Source: Planctomycetota bacterium (GTDB lineage Bacteria > Planctomycetota > B15-G4 > SIAN01). From it: a stretch of DNA of 64,000 bases. Within the stretch, counting starts at the first letter, position 1. Each line of letters opens with the position of its first letter. The position numbers were made by a program, and so were the translations under genes. Of the stretch, positions 39,203 to 48,086 are shown one piece after another. Location of the stretch: NCBI GenBank assembly GCA_031409275.1, contig JANNXA010000040.1:128001-192000 (forward strand), given 5' to 3'. Below the pieces are notes generated by a model. That model worked only from the letters and a program-made list of their open reading frames with translations, made no database searches and was not told the DNA's origin.

Positions 39203-40281
39203 ACGTCGTCGCGACTCCACCGCGCATCGTCCTCTTCACGCGCGACGATCCCGCGACCTCCACCGGCGGCGTGGAGACTTTCTGCAAGCGCCTCCTCGAC
39301 CTCTTTCCGGGCAGCGCGGTCGTGGCCTACAGCGGTGCCGCCGGCGAGCGCCGCCTCGCGAACGAAGCACGCGATGCCTTCGCGGCGCGCGACGCGCTGG
39401 CCGCCGCAGTGGCCAATGTCGATCCCGCCGCGATCGTCGCCAACGGCGCCGCGGCGTGGGCCTTGCCGCGCGGCAATCGTCCACGGATCACGGTCCTGCA
39501 CGGAACCTACGCCGGTTTCGGCCGCGCCATCGCGCGCTTCGCGCCGCGGCGCGGCTTCATCGCCAGGACGTACGGCGGCTTCCTCGAACGGCGCGCGGCG
39601 CGCAGCGCCGACGCCGTCGTCGCGGTTTCGAGGAGCGTCGCCGAGCAGGCGCAACGCTGCTATGGCGTGCGCGGTCGCCTCGAAGTGATCGAGAACAGCG
39701 GGCCGGCGCTCGAGCCGACCCGGCCGCGGCGCGTCGACGCACGCGCGCGCCTCGCCATCGACCCGCACCAACGGTTGCTGCTCTTCGTCGGTCGCGGCGA
39801 ATCGACCAAGGGGTTCGACGCGCTCCTCGAACTGCTGTCGCGCCGCCCCGATCTCCATCTCGCCGCCGCCGGCGTCGCCCCGAACCGCGCCTGGCCCGGG
39901 AACGTGCGCGCGCTCGGCGTGCAGACCGCGGCGCAGCTCGTCGACTGGCATGCGGCGGCCGACCTGATCGCGCTGCCGACCTGCTACGAAGGCTGCTCGT
40001 TCGCGCTGATCGAGGCGCTGCTGTCCGATCGACCGATCGTGGCCACTGCGACCGGTTGCTTCGAAGTTCCCGGGCACCATCCCTTCGGCGTCGTCGTGGC
40101 GCCGCCGCGCGCCCCGCGCGACTTGGACTTCCTCGCGCGCATCGAAAGTGCGATCGACGCGGTCCTCGCCCGAGCGAGCGAGTTCACGCCGCGCGCCGCC
40201 TGCGAGACGCGCTTCGCCTTCGATCGCTTCGCCCGTGAGTGGCGCGCCTTGCTTGCGACGGTCGCCCAAGATGGCCGCTGA
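39199..40281 (+). CDS. GT4 glycosyltransferase
   Basis: GGVE, FVGR...KGFD, EGCSFALIEAL. Confidence 0.85.
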   Translation: MNVVATPPRIVLFTRDDPATSTGGVETFCKRLLDLFPGSAVVAYSGAAGERRLANEARDAFAARDALAAAVANVDPAAIVANGAAAWALPRGNRPRITVLHGTYAGFGRAIARFAPRRGFIARTYGGFLERRAARSADAVVAVSRSVAEQAQRCYGVRGRLEVIENSGPALEPTRPRRVDARARLAIDPHQRLLLFVGRGESTKGFDALLELLSRRPDLHLAAAGVAPNRAWPGNVRALGVQTAAQLVDWHAAADLIALPTCYEGCSFALIEALLSDRPIVATATGCFEVPGHHPFGVVVAPPRAPRDLDFLARIESAIDAVLARASEFTPRAACETRFAFDRFAREWRALLATVAQDGR

Positions 40282-41500
40282 GACGACTTCGCGCGAGGGC
40301 GCGCGCCCACTTCGAGTCGCGCTGCTCGAACCCGCCGGCCGCGGCGGCATCCACCACTACACGCGCGCCCTCGCCGGCGCGCTCGCGCAAGCGGGCGCAC
40401 GGGTGACCCTCTTCACCGCGCGCGACCACGAGTTCGCGGCGATGGGCGCGCAGGCGCCGCCGCCGTTTCGGATCGAGCCGCTCTTCGCGCGCCGCCGCAC
40501 GGCGCCGCACCTGGTGTGGCGAGCGCTGCGAGCAGCTGCGCCCGACGTGCTGCATCTGCAGACGGGCACCCACCCGCTGCTTCACCTTGCGCTGCTGATC
40601 GCGGCGAAGGCGGCGACCGGCGCAGCGGCCGTCGTCACCGCGCACGACCTGCGACCGAAGAACTGCGGGTGGTTTGGAACCGCGGCGGCGGGATGGCTCC
40701 AGCGCGCCGCCGACCTGCTGATCGTGCATGGCGAATCGCTGCGCGAACAGCTCGTGGCCACGCGTCCCGCCCTTGCGCCACGACTTCACGTGCTGCCGCA
40801 CGGCGAGTACGGCTTCCTCGCGCCAACCGCGCAGGCGACGAACCCGACCGGCGCGGCCGCGGACGCCCTCGCGACGCCCACCGCGCTCTTCTTCGGCTAC
40901 CTGCATGAAGAGAAGGGGCTCGAAGACTTGATCGACGCGATGCCGGCCGTCGTGGCACGCGTCCCGCGCGCGCGGTTCGTCATCGCGGGCCAGCCCGAAC
41001 AGCCCGTCGCGCCGCTGCAGCAAAGGGCCCGGCAACTCGGAGTCGAGGCGGCGATCGAGTGGCGGCTGGGCTACGTCGCCGCCGACGCGATCGCGCCACT
41101 GTTTACGGCCGCCGCCGTAGTGGTTCTCCCCTACCGCGAGGCGTCGCAGAGCGGGGTGCTCTTCCTGGCCGGCGCCTACGCGCGAACGCTGGTCGCCACT
41201 CGCGTTGGCGCGCTTCCCGAGGCGATCGAGCATTCGCGCACCGGACTCCTCGTCCCGCCGCGCGACCCCGCCGCTCTCGCCGACGCGCTCTGCGAACTTC
41301 TTTCCGACCTGCCGCGCGCGAGAAAGATGGGAAAGGAACACGCACTCCGATGCCGAACGGAGTGGGGCTGGCCGTCGATTGCGACGCGGACCCTCGCGCT
41401 CTACGCGCGACTGCCGCCGCCGCGAAGGACGCCGCTCGAAGGAGGAGCAGACGGTGGAGAGAAGTTCGGCGACGCTCGCCGCGCCCATGCGCGCAGCTGA
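40271..41500 (+). CDS. GT4 glycosyltransferase
   Basis: GGIHHY, FFGY...KGLE, LPYREASQSGV. Confidence 0.88.
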   Translation: MAAETTSREGARPLRVALLEPAGRGGIHHYTRALAGALAQAGARVTLFTARDHEFAAMGAQAPPPFRIEPLFARRRTAPHLVWRALRAAAPDVLHLQTGTHPLLHLALLIAAKAATGAAAVVTAHDLRPKNCGWFGTAAAGWLQRAADLLIVHGESLREQLVATRPALAPRLHVLPHGEYGFLAPTAQATNPTGAAADALATPTALFFGYLHEEKGLEDLIDAMPAVVARVPRARFVIAGQPEQPVAPLQQRARQLGVEAAIEWRLGYVAADAIAPLFTAAAVVVLPYREASQSGVLFLAGAYARTLVATRVGALPEAIEHSRTGLLVPPRDPAALADALCELLSDLPRARKMGKEHALRCRTEWGWPSIATRTLALYARLPPPRRTPLEGGADGGEKFGDARRAHARS

Positions 41501-43217
41501 GACGGCGGCGGTGGCGTGCGCCACGGCCACCTCGTCGTCGACGTGCGTCCTGCCGTTCGTCACGGTCCTGATGCCGACCTATCAAGAGGCCGCGCACCTC
41601 GACGCGACCCTCGAGAGCCTCCTGTCGCAGGACTACCCGCAAGATCGCTTCGAGATTGTCGTGATGGACGGCCGCTCGACCGATGGCACGCGCGAGAAAC
41701 TCGAGGCGTGGACACGCCGCGATTCGCGAGTGCGCTGGTTCGACAACCCCGGCGTGATCGTCTCGACCGCGCTCAACCTCGGGTTCCCCCATGCGCGCGG
41801 CGAGATCGTCGCGCGCGCGGACGGCCATTCGACCTACGCGCGCGACTACCTGCGTTGCGCGGTCGCCGCGTTTGCGCGCACCGGTGCCGATGTCGTCGGC
41901 GGGCCGATGGTGGCGTGCGACGACCTGTCGCCGTTCCAGTGCGCCGTCGCCGCAGCGCTGGCATCGCCGTTTGGCATGGGCGGCGCCGCGTTCCACTTCG
42001 AGGGACGCTGCGAGCCCGCCGAAGCGGTCTACCTCGGGGTCTATCGCAGCGATGCGCTGCTGCGCTTCGGTCCGTTCGACGAGCTGCTGGTGCGCGACGA
42101 AGATGACGAGTGGTTCGCGCGAGCGCGAGCGCGAGGCGCGAAGGTCTGGCTCGATGGCTCGATCCGCTCGCACTACGCGCCACGTCGCGACTTCGTGGCG
42201 CTGGCGCGCCAGTACTTCGGCTACGGCCGCTACAAGCCGGCGGCGTTGCGCCGCGTGGCCGGTAGCGCTCGGTGGCGCCACCTCGTCCCATCGGCGCTCG
42301 TCGCGGCGCTGCTGCTCCCGCTGCTGACGCCGTGGCCGTTGCTGGCGGCGCTGCCGGCAGCGACCTACGCCACGGCGTTGCTGGTGGCCAGCGCGCATGC
42401 GCGGCCGCGCGGCGCGCCATTCCTGCCGTCGTGGCTTCGACAGGCCACCGTCTTCGCCACCATGCACCTCGCCTACGGCGTCGGCTTCTTCGCCGGGCTC
42501 TTCCGCGATGCGCCGAGCGACTCGACGGCGACGCTGCGCTCGATCTACGCCGGCTATGCACGCGATCCCGCCAAAGCGAAGGCATGGAATGGCGCACGAC
42601 CGGGCCAGGCGGCCATCGTCCTGCAGCGCGACCGCGCGCTCGCGGCGGCTCTGCGCGAGCGCTTCGGGTCGCGCGTCGGCGAGTTGTCGATCCTCGACCT
42701 CGGTGCCGGCGATCGCGACCTCGGCGCCGCGCTCGCCGCCGTCGGCGCGCCACCTCGCCGCGTGGTCGCCTGCGACCTGCTGGCCGAACGGCTAGCGGCC
42801 AACCCGCGGGGCGATCGGGTCGCCGCCGACAGCCGCCGGCTCCCGTTCCGCGACGGCAGCTTCGACGTCGTCGTCCAATGCACGATGTTGTCGTCGGTGC
42901 GCGCCCATGCCGCGCGAAGGGTGATCGCCGACGAGATGGCGCGCGTCGCTCGCGCCGACGGCGTGATCCTCAGTTACGACGCACGGGCGGCGAACCCGTT
43001 CAATCGCCACGTCCGCCGCGTGACCCGCAGCGAACACTCGACGCTCTTCGCCGGTCGTCCCATCGAGTTCGTGCGACTGACGCCGCTGCCGCCCCTCGCG
43101 CGACGAGTGCCGCGGCTGTTCCGCTGGCTCTCGCGCGTGCCGTTCCTCTGCGTCTTCGATCTCGCCGTCGTCGGTGCCGCCCCGCGCGCACCGCTGGCCG
43201 GCGCCGGAGCCTCGTGA
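41487..43217 (+). CDS. GT2 (ExoA-like) glycosyltransferase fused to a class I SAM methyltransferase
   Basis: N: MPTYQE, DGRSTDGT, ADGHS, DEDDE, RQYFGYG; C: ILDLGAG, LPFRDGSFDVV. Confidence 0.85.
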   Translation: MRAAETAAVACATATSSSTCVLPFVTVLMPTYQEAAHLDATLESLLSQDYPQDRFEIVVMDGRSTDGTREKLEAWTRRDSRVRWFDNPGVIVSTALNLGFPHARGEIVARADGHSTYARDYLRCAVAAFARTGADVVGGPMVACDDLSPFQCAVAAALASPFGMGGAAFHFEGRCEPAEAVYLGVYRSDALLRFGPFDELLVRDEDDEWFARARARGAKVWLDGSIRSHYAPRRDFVALARQYFGYGRYKPAALRRVAGSARWRHLVPSALVAALLLPLLTPWPLLAALPAATYATALLVASAHARPRGAPFLPSWLRQATVFATMHLAYGVGFFAGLFRDAPSDSTATLRSIYAGYARDPAKAKAWNGARPGQAAIVLQRDRALAAALRERFGSRVGELSILDLGAGDRDLGAALAAVGAPPRRVVACDLLAERLAANPRGDRVAADSRRLPFRDGSFDVVVQCTMLSSVRAHAARRVIADEMARVARADGVILSYDARAANPFNRHVRRVTRSEHSTLFAGRPIEFVRLTPLPPLARRVPRLFRWLSRVPFLCVFDLAVVGAAPRAPLAGAGAS

Positions 43218-44443
43218 TGTCGATCGCCATCGCCTCGCCCACCGCCGCCACCCCCGTCGCCCTGCCGGTGCAGCAGCCGGCAGTGACCGGTGGCACGATC
43301 CCGTTCCATCGCGCGGTCATCGACGAGAGCGACGTTGCCGCGGTGACTGCCGTGCTCCGCTCCGGATGGCTCACCACCGGCCCGCGCTGCCAGCAGTTCG
43401 AGCAGGAGCTCGCTCACGCGATGGGCCGCCGCCACGCGCTGCTGCTCAACTCGGCGACCTCGGCGCTGTTCCTGGCCTACAAGGCAGCCGGCGTCGGTCC
43501 GGGCGACGACGTGCTGGTGCCGGCGATCACCTTCATGGCCACCGCCGAGGTCGCGATCCACCTCGGGGCGCGGCCGGTCGTGGTCGACGTCGACCCCGAA
43601 ACACTGCTGCTCGATCTGCGCGACCTCGAGAAGAAGCTCACGCGGCGCGCGCGACTGGTGGCCCCCGTCCACTACGCCGGCCATCCATGCGCGATGGAAC
43701 CGCTGCGCGCCCTGGCGGCGGCGGAACGGCTCGCCATCGTCGAGGACGCCGCCCACTGCCTCACTGGACGCGAAGGGGCACGGCAACCGGGCGCCGGAAC
43801 GCTCGGCGCGGCGCTCTCCTTCTACGCGACGAAGGAACTCGCCGTCGGCGAAGGCGGCGCGCTGGTGAGCGACGACGACGGCGTGATCGAGCGGGCGCGC
43901 CGCTGGTCGCTGCACGGCATCAGCAGGCCGGCCCACGCGCGCATGCAGATTGGCGCGCGGGCGCTCTACGACGTCGAGGACGTCGGCTACAAGATGAACC
44001 TGCCCGACCTGCTCGCGGCGCTCGGCCGATCGCAGCTGCCACGCATGGAAGCGCAGCGCGAGCGGCGTGAGGCGATCGCGCGGCGCTACGACGCCGCGCT
44101 CGCCGGCGTGCCGGGCGTGAGGCCGCTGCCGGTGCGCCCCGGATTCGTCTCGGCGCGCCACCTCTACGTCGTGCGTGTCGACGCAACCGCGGCGGGCCTC
44201 GATCGCGACGCGCTCGCCGCCGATCTCGGCGCACAAGGCATCGGCACCAGCGTCCATTTCACGCCGCTGCACGAGATGACCGTCCTGCGCACGCTGTACG
44301 GAACACGTCCCGCGGATTGCCCAGTCGCGTCGAAGGCGGGCCGCGAGGTGCTGTCGCTGCCGATCTATCCGGGCTTGAGCGATGCGGAGTGCGATCACGT
44401 CGCCGCCACGCTGCGCTCCATCGTCGCCAGGCGGTCGCCTTGA
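43217..44443 (+). CDS. DegT/DnrJ/EryC1/StrS sugar aminotransferase
   Basis: SGWLTTGP, NSATSAL, EDAAH, SFYATKEL..GEGG, GYKMN, LSLPIYP. Confidence 0.95.
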   Translation: MSIAIASPTAATPVALPVQQPAVTGGTIPFHRAVIDESDVAAVTAVLRSGWLTTGPRCQQFEQELAHAMGRRHALLLNSATSALFLAYKAAGVGPGDDVLVPAITFMATAEVAIHLGARPVVVDVDPETLLLDLRDLEKKLTRRARLVAPVHYAGHPCAMEPLRALAAAERLAIVEDAAHCLTGREGARQPGAGTLGAALSFYATKELAVGEGGALVSDDDGVIERARRWSLHGISRPAHARMQIGARALYDVEDVGYKMNLPDLLAALGRSQLPRMEAQRERREAIARRYDAALAGVPGVRPLPVRPGFVSARHLYVVRVDATAAGLDRDALAADLGAQGIGTSVHFTPLHEMTVLRTLYGTRPADCPVASKAGREVLSLPIYPGLSDAECDHVAATLRSIVARRSP

Positions 44444-47064
44444 TGGAGCCGCTCGCCCCTATCGTCGCCGCTCGCCAACGGCGCCTCGAACAGGCGATGC
44501 GCCTGCTCGACGTGACGGTCGCCGCCCTCGCGCTGCTGCTCGCGGCGCCGCTGCTGCTGCTGCTGGCGGTGGCGGTGAAGGTCGGCTCGCGCGGTCCGGC
44601 GTTCTTCGCGCAGGAGCGCATCGGGCGCGGCGGCGCCCCCTTTCGCCTGTTCAAGCTGCGAACCATGGTGGTCGATGCCGAACGGCTCGGGCCGCGGGTC
44701 ACCGGCCGCGACGATCCGAGGATCACGCGCATCGGCCGTCTGCTGCGTCGCACCAAGCTCGACGAGTTGCCGCAGTTCTGGAACGTTCTCATCGGTGACA
44801 TGAGCCTGGTCGGCCCGCGACCCGAGGTGGCCGAGATGGTGGCGGCGGCGCAGGGAAGCTACGCCACGCTGCTGCGCGTGCGACCGGGCCTGCTGTCGGA
44901 AGCGACGCTCGCCTATCGCCACGAAGAGGAGCTGCTTCCGGCGCAGGGACGCGCCGACTTCTACGTGCGCGAGATCCTGCCCAAGAAGCTCGCCCTCGAC
45001 CTCGCCTGGCTCGAGCAGCGCAGTTTCGTCGGCGACCTCGAACTGCTGGCGCGCGCGGCGCTGCTGCTCACGCGGCTGCGGCGCGACGAACGGAAGCTGG
45101 CACTGCCGGGCGGCCATGCGCTGCGTCTCGCCTTCAAGCTCGCGCTCGACGGCGCGCTCGCGGCGGCGGCCTTCGCGATCGCGACGCTGCTGCGCTTCGA
45201 CGGCGCGCCGACCGGCGTCGATCGCGAACGGCTGCTGGCGTTGCTGCTGCCGCTGGCCGTGAGCACGGCCGTGATCGCGTTGCCGACCGGCAGCGCGCGC
45301 GCGATCTGGCGCTTCTTCGACACGGCGCAATTCGCGCGGCTCGCGCTGCTGCACCTGCCCGCGTTGCTGGCATTGGGTGCCTGGCGCGCGCGCCTGCCCG
45401 TCGAGCTGCAGCTCCTGCGCACGCCGTGGTCGGTGCTCACCCTCTCCTACTTGCTGGCACTGCTGTCAGGCGCGGCGCTGCGACGCCTCTGGAGCGCCGC
45501 CACGGCGCACGCGGAACGACGCGCGCGTCCACGATCCGCGCTGTCGGGCCGGATCGCGCTGGTCGGCGCCGGCCGCCACGCTCACGCGATCGTGCAAGAA
45601 CTCCAGCGCAGCGCGGGCGACGCGGTCGAGCTGCTGGCCTGCTTCGACGACGACGACGGCAAACGCGGATCGAGCGTCGCCGGCGTGCGCATCGTCGGCA
45701 CGCTCGCCGAAGCGCCGGCGTGGCTGGCGCGCGCTCGCCCCGACCACCTCTTGATCGCCATCGCCGAGCTGCCCGAGCGGAAGCTGCGGCCGCTCCTCGA
45801 TGCCGCGGCGCTGTGCGGCGCGGCGGTGAAGATCGTCCCGTCGCTCGTGGAAGGCAGCCACGTGCCGACCGGGCTGCTGCGCGACCTGTCGCTCGCCGAC
45901 CTGATCGGACGGCCACCGGTGCGCCTCGACCCTTCCGATCCGCAGATCGTCGGCGCCTGGCGCGGCCGCACGATCCTCGTCACGGGCGCCGCCGGCTCGA
46001 TCGGCTCCGAGCTCGTGCGTCAGCTGCTGGCGCTGGCTCCGCGTCGGCTGGTGCTGCTCGACAAGGACGAGAACGGTCTCTTCGAGCTTGGCCGCGAGCT
46101 CGACGATCTCGCCCCGACGCTGCCGCGCGAGCTGGCGGTGATGAACCTGTGCGATCGGCGCAACGTCGCGCGACTGCTGCGACGCGAGCGTCCCGAGGTC
46201 GTGCTCCACGCGGCGGCGCACAAGCACGTCCCGCTGATGGAAGAGAACGTCGTCGAGGCGGTCGCCAACAACGCGTTGGGGACGCGCAACTTCGCGCGCC
46301 TCGCGGCGGCGGCCGGAGTCGCCTCGTTCGTGCTGATCTCGACCGACAAGGCGGTGCGGCCGACTAGCGTGATGGGCGCGACCAAGCGCGCCGCCGAACT
46401 GGCGGTGCGCGAGATGAACGAGCGACCGGGCGTTCCGACGCGCTTCGTCGTCGTGCGCTTCGGCAACGTGCTGGCGAGTCGCGGCTCGGTCATCGAGACG
46501 TTCCTGCGCCAGCTGCAACGCGGCGATCCGCTGACGATCACGCATCCCGACGTCGAGCGCTTCTTCCTGTCGATCCCCGAAGCGGCGCAGCTGGTGCTGG
46601 TGGCCGGTTCGCTGCCGCGACCGCGCGGGCAGTACGTCCTGGAGATGGGGGCGCCGCGGCGCATCGTCGACGTCGCGCGCGACCTGGCGCGCCTGGCGGG
46701 CGGACCGCTGCCGCGGCTGCGCTTCATCGGCCTGCGGCCTGGGGAGAAGTTGACCGAGGAGCTGTCGGGGAGCGGCACGCTCGAACCGGTGCCGGAGCGC
46801 CCCGGACTGCTGGTCGACGCCGAAGCGGCGCCACCTGCGCATGAGGTGAATGAGCTCTATCGCGGATTGCGCCGCGCCGTGCGCCGCGGCGACGCCACCG
46901 CGGCGAGGCACGCGCTGGCGCACGCCCGCGTCGGACTCGCGGCGCCGCGGGCGCCCGTGGTCGAAGCGCGGACCGAACGAGCGGCGGCGCCCGACGCCCA
47001 TGCGTCAGGCGCCGTCGAGGTCACGCCGTCTCGCCGTCCTCGTGCAGTCCGACCTTGCGCTTGA
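44443..47064 (+). CDS. Fusion of phosphoglycosyl transferase (PglC/WcaJ-type) and nucleotide-sugar 4,6-dehydratase (CapD/PglF-type)
   Basis: FKLRTM, KLDELPQFWNVLIGDMSLVGPRP; then TGAAGSIGSEL, HAAAHKHVP, STDKAV.P.SVMGATKR, RFGNVLASRGSV, GLRPGEKL. Confidence 0.92.
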   Translation: MEPLAPIVAARQRRLEQAMRLLDVTVAALALLLAAPLLLLLAVAVKVGSRGPAFFAQERIGRGGAPFRLFKLRTMVVDAERLGPRVTGRDDPRITRIGRLLRRTKLDELPQFWNVLIGDMSLVGPRPEVAEMVAAAQGSYATLLRVRPGLLSEATLAYRHEEELLPAQGRADFYVREILPKKLALDLAWLEQRSFVGDLELLARAALLLTRLRRDERKLALPGGHALRLAFKLALDGALAAAAFAIATLLRFDGAPTGVDRERLLALLLPLAVSTAVIALPTGSARAIWRFFDTAQFARLALLHLPALLALGAWRARLPVELQLLRTPWSVLTLSYLLALLSGAALRRLWSAATAHAERRARPRSALSGRIALVGAGRHAHAIVQELQRSAGDAVELLACFDDDDGKRGSSVAGVRIVGTLAEAPAWLARARPDHLLIAIAELPERKLRPLLDAAALCGAAVKIVPSLVEGSHVPTGLLRDLSLADLIGRPPVRLDPSDPQIVGAWRGRTILVTGAAGSIGSELVRQLLALAPRRLVLLDKDENGLFELGRELDDLAPTLPRELAVMNLCDRRNVARLLRRERPEVVLHAAAHKHVPLMEENVVEAVANNALGTRNFARLAAAAGVASFVLISTDKAVRPTSVMGATKRAAELAVREMNERPGVPTRFVVVRFGNVLASRGSVIETFLRQLQRGDPLTITHPDVERFFLSIPEAAQLVLVAGSLPRPRGQYVLEMGAPRRIVDVARDLARLAGGPLPRLRFIGLRPGEKLTEELSGSGTLEPVPERPGLLVDAEAAPPAHEVNELYRGLRRAVRRGDATAARHALAHARVGLAAPRAPVVEARTERAAAPDAHASGAVEVTPSRRPRAVRPCA

Positions 47065-47725
47065 ACTTGCACGATTCGACCAGCACGCACTCGCCGCAGC
47101 GCGGCGACTTCGCCTGGCAGATCTCCTCGCCGTGCTGGGTCAGCAGCAGCAAGTAGGCGTGCAGGTCCTCCGGGTCGATCAGCTTCTCGAGCACCTTGCG
47201 AGCGGCGCCGTCACTGTGCACGCGCTCGATCAGGCCGAGCCGCGTCAGCGTGCGCACCGCTCCCTGCGGCACCGGCAGCGCCGCCTCGGCTCCGGCCATC
47301 GCATGCAGCAGGACCTGGACGATGCCCTGATGGAGCACCGCGAGGTTCGACAGCAGTCGCTGGCGCGAGTCGGGCTGCATCTCGCGCAGGAACTCGAGCG
47401 ACGTGGCGTTGCGTTCCTTCCACAGCGCCGCGAGCAGGCCACGCAACTTCTCGACCTTGATGTCGAGATCCTTGTCGCCCAACTCCGCAAGAGCGCCCTT
47501 CAGCTCCGCCGGCGAGGAGACGCGGACCTCGTTCCAGTCCACGAACTCCTTCTGCAGGATGCGCAGCGCGCGCTGGGCCTTGCGGTAGTCCCAACCTTCG
47601 CGCAGCAGGAGGAAGACCGCGTGATCGAGAGTCGGCTCTTCCGGCAGGACGATGACCTTGCCGTAGGGCTTCTCGAGCGCACGCAGCACCTCCGAGAGCT
47701 TCGCTCTCGTGGCGGCCTCACTCAT
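47021..47725 (-). CDS. Endonuclease III-like HhH-GPD protein with [4Fe-4S] motif, catalytic residues apparently absent
   Basis: FVDWNEVRVS, HGEEICQAKSPRCGECVLVESC. Confidence 0.8.
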   Translation of the reverse strand: MSEAATRAKLSEVLRALEKPYGKVIVLPEEPTLDHAVFLLLREGWDYRKAQRALRILQKEFVDWNEVRVSSPAELKGALAELGDKDLDIKVEKLRGLLAALWKERNATSLEFLREMQPDSRQRLLSNLAVLHQGIVQVLLHAMAGAEAALPVPQGAVRTLTRLGLIERVHSDGAARKVLEKLIDPEDLHAYLLLLTQHGEEICQAKSPRCGECVLVESCKFKRKVGLHEDGETA

Positions 47726-47738
47726 CAGGATCCCCCGC

Positions 47739-48062
47739 TCACTTCTTCTTCTTCGGGGCAGGGGCCGGCGCCGGCTTGGCCGCAGCCGCCGGAGTCGCCG
47801 GCTCGACCGGCTTGGCGTACACGCCATGCCGCTTGAAGAGCTGATGGACGGTCTTCGAGGGCTGCGCCCCCTTGCTCATCCAGTAGAGGGCGCGATCGGC
47901 CTTGATCGTCACCTTCTCCTTCTTCTGGTCCGTGATGGTGTCGTACGTGCCGATCTCTTCGATCGACTCGCCGTCACGCGCATTGCGCTTGTCCATGACC
48001 GCAATCCGCCACGTCGGGCGGTTGGTACGGCCAAAACGCTTCAGTCGAATGGAAACTGCCAA
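47739..48062 (-). CDS. rpsP: 30S ribosomal protein S16
   Basis: AVSIRLKRFGR..RP.WRI.V.D.R..RDG..IE.IGTYD; GAQPSKTV. Confidence 0.97.
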   Translation of the reverse strand: MAVSIRLKRFGRTNRPTWRIAVMDKRNARDGESIEEIGTYDTITDQKKEKVTIKADRALYWMSKGAQPSKTVHQLFKRHGVYAKPVEPATPAAAAKPAPAPAPKKKK

Positions 48063-48086
48063 ATTCGTCTCCTGTGACGCCGCCGG

